Assembly (NCBI GenBank): GCA_973895155.1
Contig: OZ316893.1
Location: 24,107,520-24,171,519 of the forward strand
Direction: 5' to 3'
Origin: Marsupella aquatica
Taxonomy: Eukaryota; Plantae; Marchantiophyta
DNA length: 64,000 nucleotides
Below, piece after piece: positions 50,101-61,583 of this stretch. Position 1 is the stretch's first letter. Each line of letters begins with the position of its first letter. Both the position numbers and the translations under genes were made by a program. The notes below the pieces were generated by a model. The model searched no databases. It worked only from the letters and a program-made list of their open reading frames with translations, and was not told where the DNA came from.

Positions 50101-50877
50101 GTGCATAGCTGCCTCAATTTCAATGAGAGATCCCTTGTCTCCTTTAAATATTGTACAGAGCACACGAGGATGATATTTTGGATTGTCCGGGTTCTCCTCT
50201 GTTACAAGCGTCTAGGAGTACAGCCTGTGATTTCCATCGAATACAGAGAACATCTTATCCTTCAAGATGAGAAAATCCGGGTCAGCCTCGCATTCAGCCT
50301 CAAACTTCTCGTTCTCCAATTGCCATATTGGATCCCATGAATCACGAATGTCATGGGTACAGGTCAGAACAATTCTGTTCTCATCCGTTGGTTGCACATA
50401 GAAACGCATCCCTATCAAAGAGTTGTAACCCATACTACGAAAAGAGTCTTTCAGCTTCTCGATGGAAGAGCTGTCTTTCTACAGAGTACGAACCACCTCC
50501 ATGTGAACCAATCGACACAGAGGGATTCGAGGCGGCTCCTTGTCAAATCCACGAGAATCCTTTCCAAAAGACATGACATGCTTCGAAATGAGATCAGTCT
50601 CAGCAAGCGCGCAATCCGCAACATCCTGGATCGCAATTGTGTCTACGTTGTCCATCTTTCTTCGCAAAGGATTTGGACCCAAAACACCGCTGACAGAAGT
50701 GAGCGGCAACAACTTTGAGGAACGAGTTACACGACGTGTATAGACTGAACCAGTAAACGAAGACTGCGAAGATTCAGAATAAGCTCGCTCCTGGTCAGGA
50801 ACCACACTATACCCTCTGGAAGAAGAGGGGAATACCTCCATCATCTTCCTTCTAGAAGCGTACAAACTATCGTACAA
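47183..50877 (-). pseudogene. Spliced gene: ParB/Sulfiredoxin-like N-terminal domain + helical region + beta-class N4C/N6A DNA-methyltransferase-like domain
   Basis: Exon 1: RIPLCRL...VR...IEKLKDSF..MGY...FSVFDGNHRL (ParB/Srx DGxHR box). Intron 49966-50089 and intron about 48475-48632. Last exon: VDAGFIYLPTG (motif IV position), FLSDDGFLVIL, and SVGFMQSVIELVTRPRDIFMDWTAGAGGSYIAGDFFGRFVLGIE (motif X-I, like LI...T.PGD.VLDPFAGSGTT..AA...GR..IGIE). In-frame stops at 50479, 50212 and 49356; +1 frameshift in the G6 run at 48057-48062. Confidence 0.8.
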
Positions 50878-51103
50878 TGAAATTATGGAACTATAATCAT
50901 CTCTAAACGTGTAATATATTCTAGCGGAAGGATGACATAACCTAGAGGAAAGCCATTAGCTCTGATGTTTGGCGGTTTCCAACGTCTGTATACGGAAGGT
51001 TTAATTACCAAAATCAAACGGTAGAAGATGCGTAACACACACGGAAGTCATAAGTTACCGTTGAATGTTACCGTTAAAGACATTTCCTAACATCATATCA
51101 ATA

Positions 51104-51526
51104 CTAGCGCCGGGCGCTAGCATTAATGATGACCATCAAGGTGAACAATTTAGAGTATGCTTATAATAGCGCCCGACGCTAGTATAAACTGGAAGAAATT
51201 TAGAGGTCTTTTTTGAAGGAGCTATGACATAAATTTCGGCCTTTCCACCCCCATATTTTATTAAAGTATCCTTCAGTACATCGTTTACGGAGAAAATTTC
51301 TCAAATGTAATACTAGCGCCCGACACTAGTATAAATGTTCATTTATCATCCATAATCAATCAAAACCATCCTTTGAAGGCACCATTTATTCCCAATTACC
51401 ACCTGGTATGTGGTCATAATGTTCATTTTAAGGGAATTTATTCTATACTAGCGTCGGGCGCTAGTTTGGAATGTCGAGATTTCAGACACATTTTTAGTGG
51501 CGTATTTTAGTTAGCGCCAGGCGCTA
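51104..51526. promoter_or_regulatory. Cluster of five TAGCGCCNGGCGCTA-type palindromes in the divergent intergenic region
   Basis: Copies at 51104, 51167, 51314, 51449 and 51512 in otherwise AT-rich DNA between the ParB-MTase and transposase starts. A regulatory role is inferred. Confidence 0.7.
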
Positions 51527-51749
51527 CTAAAATTTGATAATACCTTGTCATATCTTATGGTCTGTTTAAGTAAGGTTGGTGATCTTTTTAGCAATATGTT
51601 CGTGTCTGACATCCGGACTTCTCGGGGAAAAACAACAAAAATCATTTATGGTGCCAACGGATCCTCCATCGTCAATGTTTTATGTCATATACAAACGGAT
51701 CGGTTAACGTCAAATTCCCAGGTTCGACAGATATAAGCTGAACAATACC

Positions 51750-52789
51750 ATGAACTTTTCTTCTTTCAAACGCTATAGCCCTCGGTTTTTGTTTTTGTTC
51801 ACCATGTCTCGGTCTATCGTTCTTTCTCGATTCAGTTTTGAAGATATTGTGACTATCCCCGTCCCCATGGAAGATACGTACAAGCAGGTCCGGGAGAGGT
51901 ATCTCTGCGGGAGATTTGATTTGAAGATGAATGACATTGAGGCCATTGTTCGAGAGCTCGAATCCATTGATGATATCGAGGATGCTACAACGTTCAATGT
52001 CGATGACGGTGAACAGTTTTGGCATCTCTACGCAGGGATCTTGTACTCGGTTTGTTTAAGACAGCATGTAGGACTGTCCAATTTCCCGCCGGTTCCATGT
52101 GATGTGGTTGAGATTTCTTCAAGTGAGGATGGAGATCGTACTCTAAGTCCACCGTCGAAGAAGAAAAGCCCGCTCCCTACTGTCGTGAAAGCTGAGACTC
52201 CGGGAAGCTCTAAGCAGTTGGAGGTCGTGTACCGGCGCAGTGCGATGGATACGTTACTCAAATCAACTGGTCATAGTGAGTTATCACGGTTCATATCAGC
52301 GGGTCATTTCAAGCATGAACAAGTGTCCTGTCTACCAACTAAGTACAATGGTAACGTCGTGTTTGAGTTGCCGCCCATTGATAAGATGCTCTCTAAAGGC
52401 TCTAGGCTTAGGGACATGGATCGTGCCAAAGATTGTTACATTTGGACACGCATATTTCCAACAACTGCAACTGTTCATCCTAAAAACCTTTGGCAGTTTG
52501 GGAAGGTTACCTGTACGGGATTCATTGAATGCAGGAACAAGTCCTGCGACTATTTCCAAAGGAAGAAGAAGGCAAATGCTAAGGCATGGCAGGGTACTCC
52601 AAAGCTCAATGGTCAGTATGCTGTGGGATCTTTCATCGAAGAGGGAGGTGTTGTTTGTCATTACTGCGAACAGATTCCTTTTTGTGTGAAGTACTGCCCT
52701 GCCCGTTTGTTTTACATGTACCCCCAAGTATTACTTGATGCGGAAACATGCAGTCATATGTCCCGCCTGGCAATTCATATAGGTGAGCA
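51750..52789 (+). pseudogene. MULE transposase, 5' part (GCM/WRKY-type zinc finger)
   Basis: CTGFIECRNKSC...CHYC..CVKYCPARL...LAIHIGEH; removing the 52790-61583 insertion and one TSD copy restores in-frame IGEHNHPGR. Confidence 0.85.
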
Positions 52790-54167
52790 TGTAGTTTGCT
52801 ATGAAGAACCAAAAACACATTTATAGGTCTTCAAACTCGGTATTCGTTCCCATAAAGAACAAGATGGGGTTGATTTGATACATAAAAACACAAATGAGAG
52901 TTTAAAGACTCTCTTTAACACATAGTAATCAGGATTGATTACTTTACTAAGGTATTTTGAAGATCGCTCCACAGCGGTGAGTGGTTTTTAATGACAACTC
53001 AGCATCATGTAACCATAAATTAATGAAAAGGAAATGATTAACAAAACACAAGAAAAAATATCTCAAAGTATGCTAAGGGAGTCTGGAATAGACCAAGGTT
53101 ACTCCTTAGACATAAGTCAAAATGAAAAGACTTCAGGATTCAAATCTATATTGCTTTTCAGATCTAAATTGCTTACTAGAGTACTCTTTTAAAATGCCGT
53201 CAACATGTCTTATCCTTTCTTTCTAAATGGTACTCAGATAAGATCTAAAAGGTAGCTACTTCAACATTTAGATGGTACTAAGCAACATGAAAGAAAATCC
53301 ATCAATTTCAAATAAGACTTAAACTCAGTGAGTTAACTCCAAGAACTCAGGAGATTGTAATGAGTCACCAAAGAGGAATCTGTCATCAGATCTCATAAGA
53401 TTTACACAATTGGAATTTTACTTCCCATGATTTATTCAAAGGATTAAACCACAAGAAGGAGGAAAGTCTTCTCCTGGTGTCAAGCTTGATCTCGAACTCT
53501 TAACATTCATGATCAACTGGTAGAACACCAAGGAAAGGCAAAAATTGCTAAACTTTACCATCATCTACACTAGTGGTAGAGGGGTCTTATAGTAAAAATC
53601 TACTGAGTGAGAGGTCACAGGGTCGAAGAGACATGCCTCTTCATACCCCTCAAAATTTTAAAATGACGATTCAGTAAGTGAAAAGCCGGAAAAATGGCTA
53701 AGTATGAACTCGTAACTAGTAACTATTAACTCGTAATCGGTTGTCTATCGGAACTCGTAATCGGAAACTAGTAACTCTTAAACTAGTAAAAGCTAAGTCG
53801 TAACTCGTAATCGCGGTAAAGTAAAGACTTGATGAATTCAACTATTTTTAACTTTCTAACTATAAGTCAGAAAACTCTGAGATTTTGCCAGGAGGTTTTC
53901 CTAGGTACAGACTATACACTAAAGAAGTATGACAGCTTCTAAAGCTCTAGAACACATTTCTAAAAATCAGATAAGATGCACTACTCTAAAAACTAACTAA
54001 AAGACTTCTTCAAGCTTGCTGTCGGATGTCGTCGGGTTCTAGTAACTCCACAAGGGTAACAATTCGGTTCTGGGTAACCTCTATCAGCTCAGCTTGGCGT
54101 GGGGATCCTCTGGAGTAATGTAGGCACCTCAGTTGTCTCTCAGGGTACATCAAAGGCATTCTCTTCA

Positions 54168-55769
54168 TCAAATAACAGTTGTTCTACAACCTCGTTTCTC
54201 AAGAGCTTTGTACTCCCTGTAAACTCGGAGTCGAAAGTCCTGCTCTGTTTTTATGCTAAAACAGAGCGAACAGGTCAAGTCAATAAACCCTCCACCAAGT
54301 TTTGATATTCGCCTACATTCTCTATGTCTAAATAAACCAGAGATCACACAGGTTTCTTGAGTTGTCAAACACCACACCTCTGCCCTCACTATGGGCTCTG
54401 CATACCAATTCCCATCTAATTTCAGTTGATCATTTAAGATTTCCTTGATAGGCCTGGTATCTGAACCATATTTCACCACATCACGCCAGAGACCCCAGCA
54501 TAGCAAAGAGAGATTGTCAAGAGTACCTTTGTCTTTTGAACTAGAACTCGAAGCTCCTCCAGTTGAGGGGCGAGTTAAGAACCCAGCTATTTTCTGTTGT
54601 TTCACATCTCTTCCATCTGGTGCACGAGGTCTCCCTGGCCTTCCACTATGCATTGGATTGCCCATTGCAGGCCTTTGACTTCTCATGACATAATTAAGAT
54701 GACTCAAGCCTCCCACATGGGCTTCCAGATTTGTTTCCAAATTGCGTTGTTTTGGAATCAATGTCAGGTTTTCAGCACAAAACTCACAACGAAGTTTGAA
54801 CTTGACCAACTCTACAGGCTCTTTGTGCACATCACCTATTACAGTAAATGTATCATGCCCGACAAGCCCACCAGCAATCTGTGCTGAGTTAATCTTCTCC
54901 ACAATCTTCACATGTTGATCAAGTATGGCTCTATCATTCAGAGTACTAGCCTCAGCCCTCTGAGCAATCACTCTGTGATCCACTTTCTCACCCCTGTTAG
55001 ATGCTACACGTTGAGCATGCTTTTTTGATGGCAAGTGTTTCACTCTGAAGTTTGTAAACACATTATTGACCATAGTTTTATCCACACCCTTGACTCTGCT
55101 ACATGCAACTGCTTGATATCTGTAGTCACATTCGCAACACTCAATATGCCCACGAGGCACACCATCCTTGTCCCACGTTCTGACTTTCCATTTGTGGTCC
55201 ACACACTTAAGAAAAGTCATCCACTCTCTCAACTTTGTCACAGAAGTCTCCCATGCTATCTTTAAGTCCTGAGACATCAATACAGAGTCTAGGCTCACTT
55301 GAGACTCAGTGGATTGGGCTCCACCTGCAGGATGGTCCTCCTGGGATGAAGCACTTGCAGGCTGGGTCTCCTGGAATGGAGCTCCACTTGCAGGCTGGTT
55401 AGAGGGTTCATCTATTGCAGGAGTACCAACTTGGTCTCCAGTAGATGTGCTACCAGGTCCATTGGATGCATGGCTGCTTCCAAGGACTTGTTGTGCCCCA
55501 TTCTGTACATCTCCTTGGACAAAATTGTTGGGGCATTTTGGGACAATGACAATCTTTCCACCACAATCCTCTACTAGATTATACCTCTCAAATTTCTCCA
55601 ACATTCTACAAGCAAGGTTGACGTCCATGAAATGGAACTCAAAGTCAAAACCTGACTCCAAATTCTTTCTAGCATCATAAAAGGTTTCACCTATCTTGTA
55701 GCTATATGATGTCAAGGGTTTACGTTCCCCTGACTCTGAGTCTGCTTGAAATATAGTGGCAGGCGACAT
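54168..55769 (-). CDS. Hypothetical protein with two C2H2/U1-like zinc fingers, probably the truncated N-terminus of another transposon protein
   Basis: 533-aa ATG-started ORF: ECCEC...KHLPSKKH and CEFC...LEAHVGGLSH, plus HREC..CSLC; ends abruptly against LTR-like DNA. Confidence 0.6.
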   Translation of the reverse strand: MSPATIFQADSESGERKPLTSYSYKIGETFYDARKNLESGFDFEFHFMDVNLACRMLEKFERYNLVEDCGGKIVIVPKCPNNFVQGDVQNGAQQVLGSSHASNGPGSTSTGDQVGTPAIDEPSNQPASGAPFQETQPASASSQEDHPAGGAQSTESQVSLDSVLMSQDLKIAWETSVTKLREWMTFLKCVDHKWKVRTWDKDGVPRGHIECCECDYRYQAVACSRVKGVDKTMVNNVFTNFRVKHLPSKKHAQRVASNRGEKVDHRVIAQRAEASTLNDRAILDQHVKIVEKINSAQIAGGLVGHDTFTVIGDVHKEPVELVKFKLRCEFCAENLTLIPKQRNLETNLEAHVGGLSHLNYVMRSQRPAMGNPMHSGRPGRPRAPDGRDVKQQKIAGFLTRPSTGGASSSSSKDKGTLDNLSLLCWGLWRDVVKYGSDTRPIKEILNDQLKLDGNWYAEPIVRAEVWCLTTQETCVISGLFRHRECRRISKLGGGFIDLTCSLCFSIKTEQDFRLRVYREYKALEKRGCRTTVI

Positions 55770-56456
55770 CCTCTATGTCCCACGTTTAATTCCCTATCCA
55801 ATTGACATATGCCAAGGGCATAGGCCTGCAAACAGAACACAACACAAGAAAGAAACACCACAATCAAAATGGACTCAATCAGAGCAACACAGATAGTTAT
55901 CTATTACTTTGTAAACCCACAAACTCATCCAATGACAACAACATAGGGATTTATGAAGATCTGGTGCCCTACAAGTAAACTAAGGAAGCCCATCTGTCAA
56001 GACCGCATCCACCAGACCAATTCCACAAGAGCCTTGCCCCATCCCGGCCATTTCTCATGGTGATTGGCTTGTAAAAGATCCATTGCAGCTTTCTCCTTTC
56101 GGGTGGGAAGGGACATACCCTTTGCATGCAAGGACTCTAGTTTGAGCGTAAGCACAAGAGAGAGTGGGATCTACACATGGCCACTTCAGTTTGTCCCAAA
56201 ATAGCTTGTCCTAGATTAGCTTGTCCCAATTGAGCTTGTCCCAGTTTGTGCTTGGTCCATGTGCAGTCGAGGCCAGGCCCATCACTCCAATCTCTCTCCT
56301 CAACATGTGCAATGGGCTGTTTGGAATTTATTTACTCACAGACTTGCTCAGAGAGGCTAGACCTTGCTTGAATAGTGACATCCCTTGGACAACCCATACC
56401 CTATGGCTAGGCTCTAAGTAGTCTTCCCCCCCACTTCCAGGCTACCTGCACCTGCT

Positions 56457-56696
56457 TCGCCTCCAAGGAGCGCTAGATTGCCAGGGATGAAATCTGGCAG
56501 TCTCCATTGAGGGCATTACTTCCCCAATGGTCTCCTTGGATTTGATGGGCCCTACAAACAATCCTAGATCTACAGCTCGCCTCCAAGGAGCGCTAGATTG
56601 CCAGGGATGAAATCTAGCAATCTCCACTGAGGGCATTACTTCCCCAGTGGTCCCCTTGGATTTGATGGAACCTGCAAACAATCCTATATCTATAGC
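56457..56696. repeat. 120-bp tandem duplication
   Basis: TCGCCTCCAAGGAGCGCTAGATTGCCAGGG starts at 56457 and 56577. Confidence 0.92.
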
Positions 56697-57375
56697 AAAA
56701 AGACAAAGCCTAACTCACAGAACCTGAAAAGAAATGCTTACCTGAGCAAAGCACACAGAGCCCTGTTTGTTAAAGCCACACAAGAGCGACAAAAAATAGG
56801 AATGCACAGAGCAAATGAAAGTAGCAAAGACAGCAAGAAGTACCAGTGATTCTCCACTCACCTATGTATTTGCAAAGGCTGATTCAAAGGTAGCTAAATC
56901 CACCTTGCGTCTAGCCCACCACAAACCTGCTCCCGACAAAGAACAATGAACGATCAAATAAGTCAATGTGCTCACTTGACTAGACCATCCAACCTTCTTA
57001 TTTCACTATTAATTGCTTTAGGGGGATGTAGGAGGAGTTCAACACAAATAGTAGGCTTACCGATCTCAGCATGGAGCTGGAGCTCAGGAAATGGAGAAGA
57101 ATGTGCAGCGTAGTCAGGACTCGCAGAAAGCATATACACAATGATCCTCTTGATGCCATCTCGATGGAGAGCTGGTGAGCCTGGAGGATTCACGGTCTAA
57201 TGTCAAACTCCCTCTAATTGTTTGGAGTGAAGCGTATTAGGGGTTGAAACGCCAAAAACTCGTCTATTCCGAGAGTATAGGGCTGTAAGTTGGCGGGAGT
57301 AAGAAGGCCAAAGATGTTCTTGAGGCGCAGACTTTTGAAGTGTGGAAGAGACACAATATCATGGCAATTATCAAA

Positions 57376-58185
57376 TATATGCTTCGATCAAGAGATTGAA
57401 GAGCAACTACATACAACTGAGGTCAAAACTTCGAGCAAAGCAGCCATGGACAATTTTTTCTATATCTGGATCTGAAGTGTACGTAGTACGATCCGTTGCA
57501 GGATGAATTAAAAGTCCACCGATTTGCCACTGGGAAACATACTAGCAAGATTAACCAATCGACTGCAGCAAGAAGAGAAACATGGAAACATCCTAGCAAG
57601 ATTAACCAATCGACCGCAGCAAGAAGAGAAACAAAGAAAGTCTGAAATGACGACACTACAAGCAGTGGTCGGGGCACTAAAATAAGTTTAGATGTGAAGC
57701 CTCATTTGAAAGCCAGAGAACTATATACTACAGGAGAAGCAGATATCCAATGTCAAGGCAATCATGAATATATGCTCAGCTAGTCTTCGGTCGGGGCACT
57801 GAAATAAGTCTTAATGAGAAGCCTTGTTTTGAATGAACCAGAGAAAGACGTGGTAAGGAGAAGATCAGACATCCAATGTCATGACAATCATGAACTATAT
57901 GCTTCGATGAAGCGAAGAGCAGCTACGGACATCTGAGATCAATATTTTGAACATGGCAGCTTGTCGCATTTATTGTCCTATATCCGGATCTGGAGCGTAT
58001 CACGATCCGTTACAGGATGCATTATAAGTCGACCATATTCCCGATGGGAAACATACTAGCAAGATCAACCAATCGCGCGCAGCAAGAAGAGAAACAAAGA
58101 AAGTATGACAACACGGCAAGTAGTCTTTGGTCGCACACTGAAATAAGTTTAATCAGACGAGAAGACTCTTTTGAATGAGCAAGAG
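57376..58185. repeat. Diverged nested duplications (about 500-bp period, with a 51-bp tandem pair at 57533 and 57584)
   Basis: ATATGCTTCGAT..., GATCCGTT.CAGGATG, GGAAACATACTAGCAAGAT.AACCAATCG and GGTCGGGGCACT.AAATAAGT recur in the same order. Confidence 0.8.
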
Positions 58186-61100
58186 AAATAGTACACGACA
58201 AGATCAGGTTAATTAACAATTGGTGCAGGTGAGAGTTTAAGGTGTCATCGCGCAATACTGACCACTGAACTTACTCGTAGTGAGCAGGTTAAGTGACGGT
58301 AAATGGAACATAATGCGTACCTCTAACATTGAAAACACTGGCCCAAAATCTGATCAAAGCATGTACGCATCGATCACACTCACAGACCTGCCTCCGATTG
58401 CAAACTGTCTGACCCTCACAAAGCCAATCACCAAGAGCACTCTTCTGAATATCCCTCTAAATTGCAATGAGAGGACGAGCTCGAACGGAATTTTTTCTGG
58501 GATTGGAAGCGGAATACCTATCAAACCCACTTAGGAGCTGATTGTGCCTGCAATGCGTTCTGCGCGCATAGAGCAGGAATGTTCGAGGTTGGGTTGAGTC
58601 AGTGTCTGAATGACCTAAAGCGCGATGCCCGCTTCAATGCAATCTTTTTATGTAAGAATACGATGTCTGCGTCTCGATCCCGGAGTCACGCACCTACCTC
58701 TTTTGGTTTGGGTTTCCTTTATATATACGTAACTACAAAGGGAAGTGAAGGAATCACTATTTGCTGGATGTTCGCTGACTTTACGACTCAATGTGCGCTG
58801 TGATGCCATAGTTGCGCTAAGGTCAGCATTTTTGGATGAGTAAATCTGGCTTGAGTGGAAAGGACTGTAGTGAGCATTTGCTCCAGTGGTTGCGGTCAGG
58901 CCTAGAAGGAGGACGAGTTGTGAGCATCTACGGCGCCGCAGGAGAAGTAGGCCCATAGTGGTGAGGAGAGGAGAAGAGACGTTAAGTGAAGTGAAGTGAG
59001 GTCAGGAAGGGAAGCGAGAAGGGACAGAAGGAAAGGGAGAAATGATGGAGGAGACGAAGAAGAAGAAGAAATGAGAAAGCAGTCAAGTAAGAACTGGCTG
59101 CGGCAGGCCTCCTGGCTGACGTCTAAGAGTGCCGGCATGTGGGCTGCCGCGATGCTAGCTTGGTGGACAGCATCACAAGATTAGCATTGGTGTGCTGCCG
59201 GGACAACCCGGACGAAAGGCAAACGATTGGAGAGGTCGCAACTCAGCTGGAGTTGTGAAAGGGGACCTAAGTATACCAAGACTGACGACGGGATTGATAC
59301 CGCTGATGCATACAACAAAGAAATGAACTCACCTGAGAGGAGGGAATCATTCATCGGCAGCCCTGGCGCCAGTCCCACCAAACTGCTCCCGGGATTATCA
59401 CCGATCCTGGATTTTACACTCTTCAAACAAGTCAAATGGTACTCAATAAAAATTTATGTTCAGGAGGTGGGCAAAGGATCACAACGCAATGGACTTCCAC
59501 TATTCTTTCTGACTCGCCTTCCTCATGCGTGAACCAGATGGGGAGAGCACAACTACGCAGTGTCTCACCTCACAATGGTTGCTTCTGCCCTCGCTTATGT
59601 TCCCCCTATATTGCTCTCTTTTCACCCCAAGTCTTTTGCCTCGCGCGAAGTAGTAGCAGCCACAGCCAATTTGATGTACACAAACGCCAAGAAAACAAAT
59701 GAAGGCACGCAGGCAAGTCCTCTAATCCTCTTCCTCCTCCCGGCCTCCACCCTTGTCCTCGTACTCAAGTTTGACGTTGACCCCCCGCTCGACCCCCGCC
59801 TCGACCTTCACCTACTTTCGCTATTCCCCACCTTGAATGTTCTCACTGTATTGACTCAGATAGCAAGCACACAAGACAAGAGCTCAGAAGTCCAATTGCG
59901 CGAAAGCAGCTGCAACAGCATGGATGAGATTGGAGTTATAACTACTGTTACATCCTTATTATACCTCTGCTTAATGGCGAAGCTGCTTGCCAACGTACAT
60001 GTTGCCACCTTACATCACTCGATCATTTTCCAAAGATAGGTTACTTTGTTGCAAAATGGATTGCTTGCAATCTGCAATGAAAGAGCTGATGTTCAGAACC
60101 CGGTTCAGTAGCTTTCCGTTGCTTTATGGTATCACAGTTAGATTGACAAAAAGGGATGCAAAGTAATACCTTCAAAGCTTGGGCGCTCTTTGGCTTTCAC
60201 CGAGTCCAACCAAGCCAAAACCCTGCATCAGAACATGTGCCAAACTGTCAACTACAAAAACCCCCACAAATCCCACATTAAAACCTGTATCACCAGAGTC
60301 ACATCAGCTCACAGGCATACATTGTAACGCAAACTAGCAAGAGGGTGGCATGCACTTACTACCAAGCGAGGAGCCGATGGGGAGTCAAAAGCAATAAGTT
60401 GACTGTGTAAGAGCAGAGTATAGATGCAGGATGCAGCCCAAAGAAGATACAAGAGCTATGGCGAGTCTGAAATTGCGTGACCTAAACTGGCAAGCGGGAG
60501 CGGGAGAGAGTACCTAGGGGAGAGAGAAACAGGGTACTCCTCGCATGACGAAGGCACAGGGAGCGGGGCGAGGAGGAGGAGGCAAGGGGAGCTGGTGAGT
60601 GAACCCCCGAGCGGGCCCCAGAGCCGGCCCCCGAGTGAACCCCAGTGTGGCCAGCCCCCAGGTACCCCCCGACACCCACCCATGATCACAGGAGCACACA
60701 AACCCTGACGCATATACACCAGGCCCCGCACCAGGCCTCATATCTGGCCGTCTGACTAAAGCAAGAATTAATCTGATCCGTCTATGTGGGATAATACCAA
60801 GTTGGCCCCAAAGACCCCGGCCCAATATCTACTCAACTCCCAAACATGTCTCCCAAAACCCATTTGCCTCAACTTATGGATCACAAACCCTAAACCAAAC
60901 TTGCCTTAGCATACCACATAATTAAATTATTGATTTAGTACATGGACACGTGTACTAATGAGGTGATGACACGTGGACCAACCATATAGTGACGCGTGTC
61001 CTAGGCATTTTGGGTAACCTTGCGTAAAATTCTTGTGACATGTATTTGATAAGAACCTTATTATTAATATTGTGCCAAATGTATATATGGGGATGTTATC

Positions 61101-61583
61101 TACTTTAAAAATTATTGTAAAAATTACTTTGCATTGTATTAAAAATACCCTTGCATCGTTCGCACGTCCGCCCTGTATTAGTAAGACTGAGGGCCCAGGG
61201 GAATAGAAGGGTCGAAGTCTCCATTTGACATCTCTGAAATACCGGTTGAAGCTGGGCAGAGTTTGAGAGGTAAGGTGGAAGAGAAGTCAGTAATGAGCAC
61301 CTATGTCTTGCATTCCTTCCCTTTCAAGGTGAGCTCTTCATCCGTTGTGGAGTCCCGTTGAACTAGTTGTAAGATGTCACGATCACAGAGTCGCCAAATC
61401 TTAAGGTGTAACTCGTAAAGCAGTGAACTAGTAAACTCGTAAACTGAGTTTACTCGTAACTTAGGAACTTAGTAACTTTGAATGCTGTTTTAGTTATAGT
61501 TAGCAATAATTGCAGTCTAAACACCGTAAAAAATTTAAAAATTTTCAGTTTCTTCATGCTTTTGGAATTACCCACTACTTACA

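Larger units (their letters stand above)
52790..61583. mobile_element. TG...CA insertion with 5-bp TSD, probably a solo LTR carrying a further nested fragment
   Basis: Begins TGTAG (52790), ends TTACA (61583); GAGCA at 52785-52789 and 61584-61588. No gag/pol and no paired LTRs. AACTCGTAA/AACTAGTAA repeats near both ends (about 53705-53815, 61408-61480). Confidence 0.8.

Noticed and set aside
53563-53580. CACTAGTGGTAGA as a third CACTA terminus
   Set aside because: No partner TIR, subterminal repeats or CACTA gene seen; it is a local near-palindrome in LTR-like DNA.
58022-60825. Numerous 60-160 aa ORFs
   Set aside because: Low-complexity or GC-rich sequence with no domain signal; they may include small exons but cannot be supported.
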